Source: Archaeoglobus sp. UBA230
Lineage (GTDB): Archaea; Halobacteriota; Archaeoglobi; Archaeoglobales; Archaeoglobaceae
Assembly (NCBI RefSeq): GCF_002507545.1
Contig: NZ_DAVR01000018.1
Location: forward strand, 2,367 to 66,366
Reading direction: 5' to 3'
DNA: 64,000 nt
The notes beneath the pieces were generated by a model. It worked only from the letters and a program-made list of their open reading frames with translations. It did no database searches and was not told where the DNA came from. The translations under genes and the position numbers were made by a program. Of the stretch, positions 1-9,949 are shown piece by piece (the first letter of the stretch is position 1; the number at the start of each line of letters is the position of its first letter).

Positions 1-2
1 CG

Positions 3-1697
3 AAGTACCACCACCAGAGGACAACAGAAATTGTGAAGAGGTTGATTGAGAAGGGCTATGTTTATCCAAAGGATATACAGCTCGCATACTGCCCGAAATG
101 CGAAAGGTTTCTGCCTGACAGGTATGTTGAGGGTATCTGCCCTTACTGTGGTGCGACTGCGAGGGGGGATGAGTGTGATCAGGGTTGCGGAAGGCATTTG
201 GAGCCGGGAGAGATAAAGGAGCCAAGGTGCAAGATTTGCGGCTCGAAGGCTGAGTTCAGGAGCCAGAAGCACTACTTCTTCAAACTTACTGAATTCAAGG
301 ACTTTCTTGAGGACTATTTGTCCAAGCTGAGGGGTACTGAGAATGCGTTGAACTATGCCAGGAACTGGGTGAAAAATTTGAGGGACTGGTGCATAACCCG
401 AAACCTTGAGTGGGGAGTGATGTTCCCGGGAGAAGAGGAACTTGTTGTTTATGTGTGGGTTGACGCGCCGATTGGCTACATAAGCTTCACAGAAAAAGCT
501 TGTGAGAACAAGGGCTGTGACTGGAGGAAGATATGGATTCATGGCAATGGTGAAATCATTCACTTTATCGGACTCGACATAGTCTACCACCACTGCATCT
601 TCTGGCCTGCGATGCTGAAGGGCGCTGAGTATGCTTTACCTTCAGCCGTGGTTGCGAGCGGGATGGTGAAGGTTGAGGGTAAGACCTTCTCAAAGTCGAG
701 GGGTTACGTTGTCTGGGTTGAGGATGATTATCTGAAAGCTGGCCTCAGCCCCGACTACCTGAGATACTATATCGTCAACTACACGAGCCATCAAAAGGAC
801 CTCAACTTCTCGTGGGAGGTTTTCAGGGATAAGGTGAACAATGAGATTATCGCAACGCTCGGAAATTTCCTCTACAGAGTCCTGCTTTTCGCTTGGAAGA
901 ACTTCGGCGAAGTTAAAATGGATGACGTTGATGGAGAAATTCTGCAGAAAATAAGAGAGGCAAAGGAAAAGATAGAAAATGCAATTGGGGAGTGGGAGTT
1001 TAAAGTTGCGAGCGACGCCTTTATGGAGCTTGCAACATTTGGAAACGTTTACTTCCAGAATGCAAAACCATGGGAGCTGATAAAGGCGGATAAAGAGGCT
1101 GCCAGAAGAGTTGTTGCATCATGCCTTCAGCTTGCAAAAGCCCTGATAATCTTTGCCTATCCCGTAATGCCGAGAAGTATGGCGAAAATGGCTGAGGCAG
1201 TAGGGCTGGACATCAAAGCCTGTAAGCTGGAGGATGCGGCAAAGGTTGACGAGGTTATGAGTCTGAAGAAGCCGCAGGTTCCGTTTGAGAAGATTGAAGA
1301 CGAGAAACTTGATGAGCTGCAGAAGATTATGGAGAAGAGGTTCAGGGGAGAAGAAGTTAGGCAGGAGATGAAAGAAGAAATAACCATAGAGGACTTCCAA
1401 AGGCTGGATATCCGCATCGGCAAAGTCACAAGTGCAGAAAAGATTAAGGGAAGCAAGAAGCTGATCAAACTCATAGTTGACATCGGAGATGAGCACAGGC
1501 AGATCGTGTCAGGAATAGCGGAGGACTACAGACCCGAGGAGCTTGAGGGTATGCTCGTTGTTGTATTGGCAAATCTCAAACCGGCGAAGTTCATGGGTGT
1601 TGAAAGCAGAGGAATGATCCTCGCGGCAGAGAAAGATGGGAAGGCGATACTGCTAATTCCGGATAAGGAAGTGGAACCGGGGACGAGAGTTTGTTAG
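3..1697 (+). CDS. metG: Methionyl-tRNA synthetase, 5'-truncated by the window edge
   Basis: Frame is open from position 3 (KYHHQRTTEIVKRL...). Zn-knuckle CxxC pairs, VYVWVDAPIGY, KMSKS-like TFSKS, and a C-terminal OB-fold tRNA-binding domain (LDIRIGKV...ANLKPAKFMGVESRGMIL). Confidence 0.97.
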   Translation, partial: KYHHQRTTEIVKRLIEKGYVYPKDIQLAYCPKCERFLPDRYVEGICPYCGATARGDECDQGCGRHLEPGEIKEPRCKICGSKAEFRSQKHYFFKLTEFKDFLEDYLSKLRGTENALNYARNWVKNLRDWCITRNLEWGVMFPGEEELVVYVWVDAPIGYISFTEKACENKGCDWRKIWIHGNGEIIHFIGLDIVYHHCIFWPAMLKGAEYALPSAVVASGMVKVEGKTFSKSRGYVVWVEDDYLKAGLSPDYLRYYIVNYTSHQKDLNFSWEVFRDKVNNEIIATLGNFLYRVLLFAWKNFGEVKMDDVDGEILQKIREAKEKIENAIGEWEFKVASDAFMELATFGNVYFQNAKPWELIKADKEAARRVVASCLQLAKALIIFAYPVMPRSMAKMAEAVGLDIKACKLEDAAKVDEVMSLKKPQVPFEKIEDEKLDELQKIMEKRFRGEEVRQEMKEEITIEDFQRLDIRIGKVTSAEKIKGSKKLIKLIVDIGDEHRQIVSGIAEDYRPEELEGMLVVVLANLKPAKFMGVESRGMILAAEKDGKAILLIPDKEVEPGTRVC

Positions 1698-1700
1698 ATT

Positions 1701-2042
1701 TTACTTATACTCGTGTGTCCCAAGCTTGACGGGGATTCCAAAGTTCTCCTCAACTATTTTTGCCCATTCTTCTGCATTTCTGTAGGGGCAGCCGGGCTGT
1801 CTGAGCATGCATGAAGACAGATATATCTCCTCTGGCTTGACCTCAGAAAGCTTTATGGCCATGCCAATATTTGGAACCAGAGTATTTCCGGGACACTCGC
1901 ACCTCACAAAGGACATAACTCTAACAGGCTCATCAAACTTGCCCTCACCGAGTGCTGCGGCTTTCAGACACCGCCATTCGCCAGGACAGCCGTAGGTGGT
2001 GTCCATATATCTCCCACATGCAACAATAAAAACGTCCTTCAT
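1701..2042 (-). CDS. CGGC-domain-like putative metal-binding protein
   Basis: Cys pattern ACG..YGCPGEWRC..F.RCECPG..LSSCM..CPY and C-terminal GTH match my recollection of the CGGC family. Confidence 0.7.
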   Translation of the reverse strand: MKDVFIVACGRYMDTTYGCPGEWRCLKAAALGEGKFDEPVRVMSFVRCECPGNTLVPNIGMAIKLSEVKPEEIYLSSCMLRQPGCPYRNAEEWAKIVEENFGIPVKLGTHEYK

Positions 2043-2081
2043 GTTGAATCCTTAGTGTGTAAGCACAAAAATTTTTTGATT

Positions 2082-2921
2082 TTAGAACAGCATTGAGGGT
2101 ATGTGAATTACCTCAACGCCGTCTTTGTATACTGTGATATCCCCGCCCGTTTCTGAAACGACTACCGCTATCGCTTTCGTCTCCTTCGTTATTGAGGCGC
2201 ATGCTATGTGCCTCCCACCCAAGCCGCGTTTAATCCTCGAAAGAAGGTCTTTGGCTGAAGCTTCAATGTAACGACCGCAGGCAATTATAATACCTTTCTC
2301 ATCTATGACGAAGACTCCATCAATCTGGGAGAACTCCATAACACTTTCCCAGTTCTCAGGATTTTTTATGTCCCTATCATTCTCCTTGTGTCCCTCGTAT
2401 GGGTTAATGATCAGCTGGCTTGATCTGCTAAGAACTTCCTCGACATCACCGATGACGAAAGCTGTGCCGATCTTTCTACCCTCTCTACCCTTATGCGCGA
2501 TGTTCAAAGCAACCGTCAAAACTGCTCTGAGGGCATCAGGATCAACCCTCTCTGTACACTCCTCTATTGCCTGCATGAATGAGCTTTTGTCAGGATCAAA
2601 AACCGTTATTCCCTTCAGAATGTCCGTCTCAATCACAACAACCGCTCTATCCATCTCGAACCCCTTTAGATACATATAGGTCGAAATGTACTCCTTAGTC
2701 CTGTACATCTGGGAAAATTTTTCAGCAATGATTTTCTCAGCACTATCCTCGAAATAGTAAATCATGCTGTCGAGGAGTGTAGCGTATTTTTTGGGTACCT
2801 GAATTATTTCGATACCTTCAACAAAATCCTCATCAAAATCTGTTTTACTAACTACCGCAATTTTTTCGACACCGATCTCCTTCGCAACTATCAATGCACT
2901 TTTAACCAGTGTCTCAAGCAT
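2082..2921 (-). CDS. DisA_N/DAC-domain protein, archaeal diadenylate cyclase (DacZ-like)
   Basis: [21 protein letters not shown] (DGA-type motif), GLGGRHIA (RHR-type motif), AVVVSETGG. Confidence 0.85.
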   Translation of the reverse strand: MLETLVKSALIVAKEIGVEKIAVVSKTDFDEDFVEGIEIIQVPKKYATLLDSMIYYFEDSAEKIIAEKFSQMYRTKEYISTYMYLKGFEMDRAVVVIETDILKGITVFDPDKSSFMQAIEECTERVDPDALRAVLTVALNIAHKGREGRKIGTAFVIGDVEEVLSRSSQLIINPYEGHKENDRDIKNPENWESVMEFSQIDGVFVIDEKGIIIACGRYIEASAKDLLSRIKRGLGGRHIACASITKETKAIAVVVSETGGDITVYKDGVEVIHIPSMLF

Positions 2922-2974
2922 TCAGATATAGCAATGTATGAAACAATTTTAAACTTAACGCATGAAAAATTCAT

Positions 2975-3808
2975 ATGCTTGAAAAAATGCTGTTCCCGAC
3001 AGACCTTTCCGAAAGCAACCTGAAAATTCTGGAACAGGTTGACGATCTGAAAAAAGCGGGTGTTGAGGAGGTTGGAATTCTCTATGTGATCAATCTGTCG
3101 AAACTTAGCGACGTGAGTGGGGGAATAGATATTGACAATTACATAGAAGAGGAGAGCAAAAAGGCCGAAGAGGGTATTGGGAAAATTGAGGAACTCATGA
3201 AGAGCAAGGGCTTAAAGGTCAATGCAATAAGACCTTTCCCAGCAGGCGACCCGGTGGCGGAGATATTGAACTACTCAAAAGACTACGATTTCATTGCAAT
3301 GAATTCCCGTGGAGCAAGCGCTTTCAAAAAGATTCTACTTGGGAGCGTTTCTGAAGGGGTGTTAAAAGCATCAAAGAAACCCGTTTACATTTTCAAGTTC
3401 GACAGTGAGGTTACGCATCCCACTGGTGACCTCTTCGATAAAGTCCTTGTGCCTTTTGACTTTTCAGAACATGCCAGAGTGGCTTTAGATTATGCCGTTT
3501 ACGTTGCCAAAAAGGTTGGGTCTGAGGTGCACCTACTGCATGTAATCGAGCCAGAATGCGACGGAGATTTGGAGAAACTCGCAGAAAATCTTAGTCAGGA
3601 GGGGCTTAAAGTTTCAGTGCATGTTCAGTCTGGAGTGCCACACAAGGTCATTCTGCGAAAGCAGGAGGAGCTTGGAGTGACCACGATTTTCATGGGCTCA
3701 AGAGGTGTTAGTGTTGTTAGATCGCTTCTACTCGGAAGTACTTCCGACAGTGTTATAAGACGCTCTCCTGTTCCAGTCTTCGTCTGTAAGGCGCCTGAGG
3801 AGGAGTAG
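2975..3808 (+). CDS. Tandem-domain universal stress protein
   Basis: Two UspA repeats: LFPTDLSE...SRG...LLGSVSEGV and VLVPFDFSE...GSRG...LLGSTSDSVIRRSPVPVFV. Confidence 0.93.
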   Translation: MLEKMLFPTDLSESNLKILEQVDDLKKAGVEEVGILYVINLSKLSDVSGGIDIDNYIEEESKKAEEGIGKIEELMKSKGLKVNAIRPFPAGDPVAEILNYSKDYDFIAMNSRGASAFKKILLGSVSEGVLKASKKPVYIFKFDSEVTHPTGDLFDKVLVPFDFSEHARVALDYAVYVAKKVGSEVHLLHVIEPECDGDLEKLAENLSQEGLKVSVHVQSGVPHKVILRKQEELGVTTIFMGSRGVSVVRSLLLGSTSDSVIRRSPVPVFVCKAPEEE

Positions 3809-3820
3809 AATGGTGATGAA

Positions 3821-4318
3821 ATGAAGGTAAGGGGAAAGGCGTGGAAGTTTGGAGACAATATCTCGACGGATCATATAACCCCCGGTAGATACTATCATCT
3901 GAGGAGCAATATGCCTGAACTGGCAAAACACATAATGGAGGATGCCGATCCTGAATTTCCTAACAAATTCACACCGGGTGATTTCATTGTTGCAGGGGAG
4001 AACTTCGGTATGGGGAGTAGCAGAGAGCATGCACCTCTTGCTTTGAAAATAGCAGGGGTATCGGCTGTAATAGCCAAATCCTTCGCAAGAATCTTTTACA
4101 GGAATGCAATAAACGTTGGCCTACCACTGCTGATCGCAGACACTGAGGAAATAGAGAGTGGAGACGAGCTTGAGGTTGATTTTGGTGAGGGCAGGATTGC
4201 TGACATTACGAAGGGCACTGAAATCAAAGCAAAACCACTTCCGGAGGTTATGTTGAGGATACTCAAAGAAGGTGGGCTTGTGAGCTACGTGAAAAAATAT
4301 GGGGACATCAAAATCTAA
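3821..4318 (+). CDS. leuD: 3-isopropylmalate/homoaconitate dehydratase small subunit (LeuD/HacB family)
   Basis: GKAWKFGDNISTDHITP, AGENFGMGSSREHAP, AKSFARIFYRNAINVGLP. Substrate (LeuD vs HacB) is not determinable from sequence alone. Confidence 0.88.
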   Translation: MKVRGKAWKFGDNISTDHITPGRYYHLRSNMPELAKHIMEDADPEFPNKFTPGDFIVAGENFGMGSSREHAPLALKIAGVSAVIAKSFARIFYRNAINVGLPLLIADTEEIESGDELEVDFGEGRIADITKGTEIKAKPLPEVMLRILKEGGLVSYVKKYGDIKI

Positions 4319-4320
4319 TT

Positions 4321-5109
4321 TTACTCAAACTTTGCCTCCCTTTTTTCGAGCATCGCCGTAACTCCCTCGATAAAATCCTTCGTGAGCGTGGCCATCATGG
4401 CAAGGTTGAGTTCGTAAGCCAAGTGTTCATCAATCTTGTTGGAGTGTGTGACGTTAAGGAGCTTTTTCAGGTTTGCAATCGCAACTCTCGGTCTGTTCAG
4501 GTAGATTTCAACGACCTCCCTCACCCTCTCCTCAAGCCTGTCATCCGGTACCACTTCTGTGACGATGCCGTAATCCAGCGCCTCTCTCGCCGAGAACCTC
4601 CTGCCAGTTGACATCAGCTCAAAAGCTCTCTTCATACTGCAACCCCTCGGTATCAGAAAGGAAGTGCCAGTATCAGGGCTCAACCCTATCAGGATGTAAC
4701 CGCAGGAAAACACCGCACTCTCGGCAGCAATTGCATAATCTGATGCGGCAACGAGTCCAACACCAGCACCAATTGAGTATCCTTTAACCTCTGCAATGAT
4801 GGGTTTTGGAATTTCCCTCATTTTCTTGATGACGTCAAAATGCAGCTTCAAACCATACTCAACTGGATTTCCTTCTCCAGCGGCAAATTTCATAAATTGT
4901 TTGAGGTCTGCCCCTGACGAGAAGCTTTTTCCCGCACCCTTCAGCACGATGACCTTAATACCATCATCTTTCCAACAGTCATCAAGCGCTGCAGAGAGGT
5001 CTCGAACAACCCCCATGTCAATGGCATTGTGAACCTCAGGTCTGCTTATGGTAATTTCAGCAACTTTGCCATCCTTTTCCAGTTTTACGAACTCCATGAC
5101 ACCAGACAT
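4321..5109 (-). CDS. Enoyl-CoA hydratase/isomerase (crotonase family)
   Basis: ISRPEVHNAI, FSSGADL, IAEVKGYSIGAGVGL, GLSPDTG, FLEKR-like C-terminus (MLEKREAKF). Confidence 0.92.
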   Translation of the reverse strand: MSGVMEFVKLEKDGKVAEITISRPEVHNAIDMGVVRDLSAALDDCWKDDGIKVIVLKGAGKSFSSGADLKQFMKFAAGEGNPVEYGLKLHFDVIKKMREIPKPIIAEVKGYSIGAGVGLVAASDYAIAAESAVFSCGYILIGLSPDTGTSFLIPRGCSMKRAFELMSTGRRFSAREALDYGIVTEVVPDDRLEERVREVVEIYLNRPRVAIANLKKLLNVTHSNKIDEHLAYELNLAMMATLTKDFIEGVTAMLEKREAKFE

Positions 5110-5208
5110 GCCACAGGCTTATTTAATAATTGCTGTCGTTTTGTAGCTTGTGTAAGAATTCAAATTGTTATTGATTATTATAATTGTTGCATTTAATCGC
5201 ATAGTAAA

Positions 5209-5223
5209 ATATATATATATATA
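5209..5223. repeat. (AT)7 dinucleotide tract in the lipase promoter region
   Basis: atatatatatatata ends 21 nt upstream of the lipase ATG at 5245. Confidence 0.85.
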
Positions 5224-5244
5224 CAGAAAAATTGTTTAAAATTT

Positions 5245-6672
5245 ATGAGGAGGATTGGGCTGGTGATATATCTGTTTTTAGCAATTCAAGCAGTATCGGC
5301 AGAAGAACTTAGGCCTGTTATTTTCGTACACGGTCTTGGTGGATCCGGAGGACAGTTTGAGAGTCAAGCACTCCGTTTCACCTCGAACGGTTATCCTGCA
5401 GAGTATATAAAGGTATTCGAGTATGACACAATAACATGGGGTCTTGTGATGGAGACAGACTTAGCTCTGAGCGGTCTCTCTTCTGTGCTTGGTATTAATC
5501 TCACTAAACTCCTCGATGAGAAGATAATAAACAAAATACTTGAAGAGCCGAGAGAGGAAGTTATGGCTAAGGTGTTCGGCAGACTTGACAGACTCATTGA
5601 CGAGACTCTGGCGGAGAGTGGGGCAGATAAAGTAGATTTGGTTGGACATTCGATGGGGACATTTTTGCTGATGGAATACGTAAAATCCTCGCCGGAAAGG
5701 GCTTCTAAGGTTGCACACCTCATCCTTCTGGATGGGATATGGGGGGTTGATGCTCCAGAAGGTATTCCAACCCTTGCTATCTTTGGGAATCTTAAATCTC
5801 TCCCTGCTCTGGAATTTCCAGAGGGTAGGGAAGTCCACGGGGCGACAAACGTCTACTTCAATAACATGACCCACGTCCAGCTCTGCACGGCTGCACCAAC
5901 TTTTGCTGAAATGTATAAGTTCATAAACGGAGTTAAGCCAGATACAACGGATATCCTACATCAGAGTGGAGAATATGTCAAAGTTAAAGGAAAGTTCGTG
6001 GCGTTTGCAACAAACGCGAAAGTTTCCGGATGGTTGAGGGTATATCCAATTGATGAGAATGGTAAGCGATTAAGGTGGTTTCCTGTCAAAATTATAAGGC
6101 TCTGGGATGGAAGCTTCGAGATGACGCTGAAGAAAGGGCAGAGATACGAGTTTGTCCTGATCAAAGACTTCAACTACATGGTTTATCACTACTACCGTGC
6201 TCCCTTTGTGAGGGATGATTTGTGGGTAAGATTCCTCGCATCAACTCCTCCAGCAGATGTTGAACTTCTGATAACACCTGAAAGGTTATCGCCAAATGCC
6301 AAAAACGCCGTTGGTTTACTTCTTGTCAGGTACAAAGAGATGCTTGGGGAGTATGATGTGGACATAGGTGGTGTGGATGAGGTTTATGTCAACGGCATCA
6401 ACATCTGCACGGCAAAGATATGTCCCATCTCGAAAGCTGTAAACGGTCTGTGGGTCTTCGACAGGTTTGCTGACGGTAAGAGCAATCTCGAAAAGAAAGT
6501 ATTGAGATTCTCTCCGCTTCCATTCATGTCTGCTGCAGACTTGTTTGTTCCTGCTGACGGTGTGGTTAAGTTAACTGTCAAATCACGCAGTGGAGGAATG
6601 GAAAGCTTCACAGTTCCAGCATGGCCTGCAAGCAGGCATTCGGTGATCGTCCAGTTCTCAGACACCATCTAA
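5245..6672 (+). CDS. Secreted alpha/beta-hydrolase lipase, Archaeoglobus alkaline lipase (AFL) type with C-terminal lipid-binding domain
   Basis: Signal peptide, oxyanion HG (FVHGLGG), nucleophile GHSMG, LDG, THVQLC. Closely resembles the A. fulgidus lipase as recalled. Confidence 0.9.
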   Translation: MRRIGLVIYLFLAIQAVSAEELRPVIFVHGLGGSGGQFESQALRFTSNGYPAEYIKVFEYDTITWGLVMETDLALSGLSSVLGINLTKLLDEKIINKILEEPREEVMAKVFGRLDRLIDETLAESGADKVDLVGHSMGTFLLMEYVKSSPERASKVAHLILLDGIWGVDAPEGIPTLAIFGNLKSLPALEFPEGREVHGATNVYFNNMTHVQLCTAAPTFAEMYKFINGVKPDTTDILHQSGEYVKVKGKFVAFATNAKVSGWLRVYPIDENGKRLRWFPVKIIRLWDGSFEMTLKKGQRYEFVLIKDFNYMVYHYYRAPFVRDDLWVRFLASTPPADVELLITPERLSPNAKNAVGLLLVRYKEMLGEYDVDIGGVDEVYVNGINICTAKICPISKAVNGLWVFDRFADGKSNLEKKVLRFSPLPFMSAADLFVPADGVVKLTVKSRSGGMESFTVPAWPASRHSVIVQFSDTI

Positions 6673-6680
6673 TTTTTTAT

Positions 6681-7136
6681 TTATTCAATGCAGCACGGGA
6701 AGAACTCTACCTCCACTCCTGCTTCTCTCAGCAAATCGAGACCCCTTTTGTCTGCATACTCTTTCCCGTAAACCACCCTCTTTATGCCAGCGTTGATTAT
6801 TATTTTGGCGCAGGTTATGCACGGGCAGTGTGTTGAGTAAAGGGCAGCTCCATCAACGCTTATCCCGAACTTTGCAGCCTGAATTATTGCGTTCTGCTCC
6901 GCATGCACACCCCTGCAAAGCTCCTGTCTCTCGCCACTCGGCACCGCCATTTTATCTCTCAGACATCCAACATCCTCACAATGGGGTAACCCCGAGGGTG
7001 CACCGTTGTAGCCAGTTGCGAGAATCCTTTTGTCCTTGACTATCACTGCTCCAACGTGTTGTCTCAAACATGTGGAACGCTTTGCCACTACAGATGCAAT
7101 CTCCATGAAGTATTCATCCAAGGTCGGTCTGTTCAT
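6681..7136 (-). CDS. dCMP deaminase (cytidine/deoxycytidylate deaminase family)
   Basis: [32 protein letters not shown] zinc motif. Confidence 0.93.
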   Translation of the reverse strand: MNRPTLDEYFMEIASVVAKRSTCLRQHVGAVIVKDKRILATGYNGAPSGLPHCEDVGCLRDKMAVPSGERQELCRGVHAEQNAIIQAAKFGISVDGAALYSTHCPCITCAKIIINAGIKRVVYGKEYADKRGLDLLREAGVEVEFFPCCIE

Positions 7137-7137
7137 A

Positions 7138-7884
7138 CTACAACCTCAGGAACTTTCTGGCATTATCTCTCGCAACGCTCCTCATCTCTTTCTCTCCCAC
7201 AACCTCCATAACTTTCTTGGCAGCCTCAGCTACGGTCGTTATTTCCGTATCCCTGTAACCAGCATCGCTGTTCAGCATGAATTTTTCAGAACCATGTTCC
7301 AACACTATCCTGGCAGCATCGTCTGGAGATAACTTACCGGGCTGAACAGTGAGACCAATCCAGTAACCACTCCTCAGAACCATGTCGAGGGTTTCGAAAT
7401 TCACGTGGTCTATAACAGCCAGCTCTACTGGAAAATCGAGTTTTTCAAGTATTTCGAGGGTTTTTTCCGTTGCACTTTTTTTGTTTCCTCTTGGGGTGTG
7501 TATTATGCACGGGATGTCCCTTTCTTTTGCAATTTCAAGCTGTGAAGTTAAGACTTCGATCTCTTCTTTCGTGACATTTTCAAGGCCAATTTCACCGAAT
7601 GCCAGCCATTCTCCTTCTTCGAGGTGTTTCATCACAAAACCGTAATCTGGTGGGATGCAGCGGGGGTGGATGCCAACTGCAGGATACATTTTCACTCCTG
7701 CAGCCTCGCATCTTAAAGTTTCAAATTCTGTTAGCTTTCTAAAAAGATCAACCATCGTTTGCGGAAATTTTGGCTCGATGGGGAAGAACGCCAAGCTGCA
7801 AACCTCTTTTATCCCTGCTTCACTGAGTTTTTTCAGGTCTGAGAAGCCCAGACCCTCAGTATGGAGATGGGAGTCGAAATACAT
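7138..7884 (-). CDS. TatD-related metal-dependent hydrolase
   Basis: DSHLH, GIHP, GEIGLE, IIHTP, IDH and NSD motifs. Confidence 0.85.
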   Translation of the reverse strand: MYFDSHLHTEGLGFSDLKKLSEAGIKEVCSLAFFPIEPKFPQTMVDLFRKLTEFETLRCEAAGVKMYPAVGIHPRCIPPDYGFVMKHLEEGEWLAFGEIGLENVTKEEIEVLTSQLEIAKERDIPCIIHTPRGNKKSATEKTLEILEKLDFPVELAVIDHVNFETLDMVLRSGYWIGLTVQPGKLSPDDAARIVLEHGSEKFMLNSDAGYRDTEITTVAEAAKKVMEVVGEKEMRSVARDNARKFLRL

Positions 7885-7984
7885 GCGCTTGGGTTGTTAA
7901 ACTGCCTTTTAAGTTTTACCTTGGGTCAAGGTATTTCGTTGCATTGGAAAGATTTTTTAACTAAATTTGAGTGGGTAATAGCTA

Positions 7985-9766
7985 ATGCACAACTTTGTAA
8001 TAGTAGTAATATTACTATTCGCTATTATACAACCTTCCTTAGCCTTGGAGCTAAAGGTGGGAGTTTACGACAATCCACCGCTAGTTTTTAAAGAGGGTGA
8101 GGAGATTAAAGGCTTCTTTATTGACATTCTCGGGTCAATTGCGGAAGAAGAAGGATGGGAGATTGAATATGTTTACGACAACTTTCCCAATCTACTGGAG
8201 AAATTGAAAAACGGTGAAATTGACTTGCTTGTAGACATTGCTTACACTGAGGAGAGAGCTAAGGATTTCAAGTTCAGCAATGAAACTGTGTTGACCAACT
8301 GGGGGGTAGTTGTATCCAAGGAACACGTGGATTCAATCTTAGACCTCGACGGGTTGATAGTTGCTGTGGTTAAAGGGGACGTTTATTATGAAGGCTTCAA
8401 GAGGCTTGTTGATGACTTCAACATCGAATGTGGATTTGTGGAGGTTGAGGGGGATTATATCGGTGTTTTTGAAGCTGTCAAGTCTGGAAAAGCCGATGTA
8501 GGTGTTGTATCAAGACTGTTCTCTTATCTGCACACGGGTAAATACGGATTAAAGGAGAGCAACATCATTTTTTCACCCGTTGAACTTAGATTTGCGGGTA
8601 ATGATAAGACAGTTCTCGATGCTATTGATAGCAGGTTAAGGGTGATGAAAGAAGATGCCAATTCAGTTTATTATCAAGCACTGGACAGATGGTTCGGGCC
8701 TAAAGCTATTGCTATCCCTCAATGGATTTACCCCATTACAGCTGCTCTTCTAATTATCCTCGTTTCTGTTATACTCTCCAATGTATATCTCAGCAGAGAA
8801 GTTGCAAAGAGGACAAAAGAAGTGGAAGAAAGAGGACGTTTTCTTGAAGCGGTCTTCAACACAATACAGGAAGGGATAAGTGTTCTTGACGCTGACATGA
8901 GCATTATCATGGTCAACCACGCGATGAAAAAATGGTATGGGGACGTAGTGGGAAGGAAATGCTATGAAGCTTACCATGGCCGAAATGAACTCTGCGAGAA
9001 CTGTCCCACCATAGAGGCAATAAAGACTGGTAAGATGAAAAGTGGAGTAGTTCCCGGTCCTGGAGGAGGGGTTGAATGGGTGGAGCTTTTCAGCTACCCC
9101 GTCATTGAAGGCGGTAGGGTGAAGATGGTTGTTGAGTTTGTTAGAGATATCACTGTGAAAAGGAGAATGGAAGAAGAGCTTAAGAAGGCTCTGGAAAGGT
9201 ATGAATATCTCTGGAATAGTGCAAATGATATATTCTTTATCCATGACTTAGAAGGCAGGATTATTAGTGTGAACAGGAAGGCTATGGAGATTGTTGGACA
9301 GGATGAGATGGAAGATGCAAATATCTGGGACTTCATTCCCACCAACTACCACGACTCTGTCAGGGAAAAAATTGACGAAATTGTTAGAACGAAAGAGCCA
9401 ACCCCTCCCTTTGAAATTCCACTAATTGGTAGCTCGGGAAAAACGGTTTGGATCGAAGTTGTTGCTCACCCCGTCATCGAGAATGGAGAAGTCCTCGCGA
9501 TACATGGGGTGGCGAGAGAGATAACTGAGAGGAGGGAACTAATCGAAAAAATTGAGGAAAATATCAAACTCATCTCTTTTCTTGTGGACAGGATTAGAAA
9601 CCCTCTCGCTGCTGCAAGGGCATACTGTGAACTCAGAGACAAACTTGGAAATGAGATATATGGAAAAGTAATAGAAAACATTGACAGAATAACTGTGTTG
9701 GTAGATGACCTTGATAGAGTTTGGGGGAACCTTGAGAAGCTGAGAAGGGGTCTCAGGAAGTCCTGA
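7985..9766 (+). CDS. Membrane sensor: extracellular amino-acid-binding (PBPb) domain, TM helix, two PAS domains and a HisKA-like tail
   Basis: Signal peptide, LKVGVYDNPP...GFFIDIL PBPb fold, TM around aa 250-270, two PAS/PAC repeats, terminal DRIRNPL helix. Confidence 0.85.
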   Translation: MHNFVIVVILLFAIIQPSLALELKVGVYDNPPLVFKEGEEIKGFFIDILGSIAEEEGWEIEYVYDNFPNLLEKLKNGEIDLLVDIAYTEERAKDFKFSNETVLTNWGVVVSKEHVDSILDLDGLIVAVVKGDVYYEGFKRLVDDFNIECGFVEVEGDYIGVFEAVKSGKADVGVVSRLFSYLHTGKYGLKESNIIFSPVELRFAGNDKTVLDAIDSRLRVMKEDANSVYYQALDRWFGPKAIAIPQWIYPITAALLIILVSVILSNVYLSREVAKRTKEVEERGRFLEAVFNTIQEGISVLDADMSIIMVNHAMKKWYGDVVGRKCYEAYHGRNELCENCPTIEAIKTGKMKSGVVPGPGGGVEWVELFSYPVIEGGRVKMVVEFVRDITVKRRMEEELKKALERYEYLWNSANDIFFIHDLEGRIISVNRKAMEIVGQDEMEDANIWDFIPTNYHDSVREKIDEIVRTKEPTPPFEIPLIGSSGKTVWIEVVAHPVIENGEVLAIHGVAREITERRELIEKIEENIKLISFLVDRIRNPLAAARAYCELRDKLGNEIYGKVIENIDRITVLVDDLDRVWGNLEKLRRGLRKS

Positions 9767-9949
9767 GCTTTACAATGAAAGTTTGAATTATAACGACGCT
9801 ATCGCAGCCTTTTAAGTTATATGTGGGCTGATTCAGAAGATTCTAACACTCACAGTTAGGAGGAATTTCTTAGGCATCTGTTACGGGGAGAATGATGTGT
9901 TTAGCCACCTCGGAATCACAGGGAAAACTTTTTAACATTAAAGTTCATT

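Noticed and set aside
9767-9949. Intergenic region with small hairpins (CTAAC/GTTAG, CTGA-T-TCAG) and an ATGATG C-box-like word
   Set aside because: No downstream D box, no tRNA-like fold, and the stems are within chance expectation.
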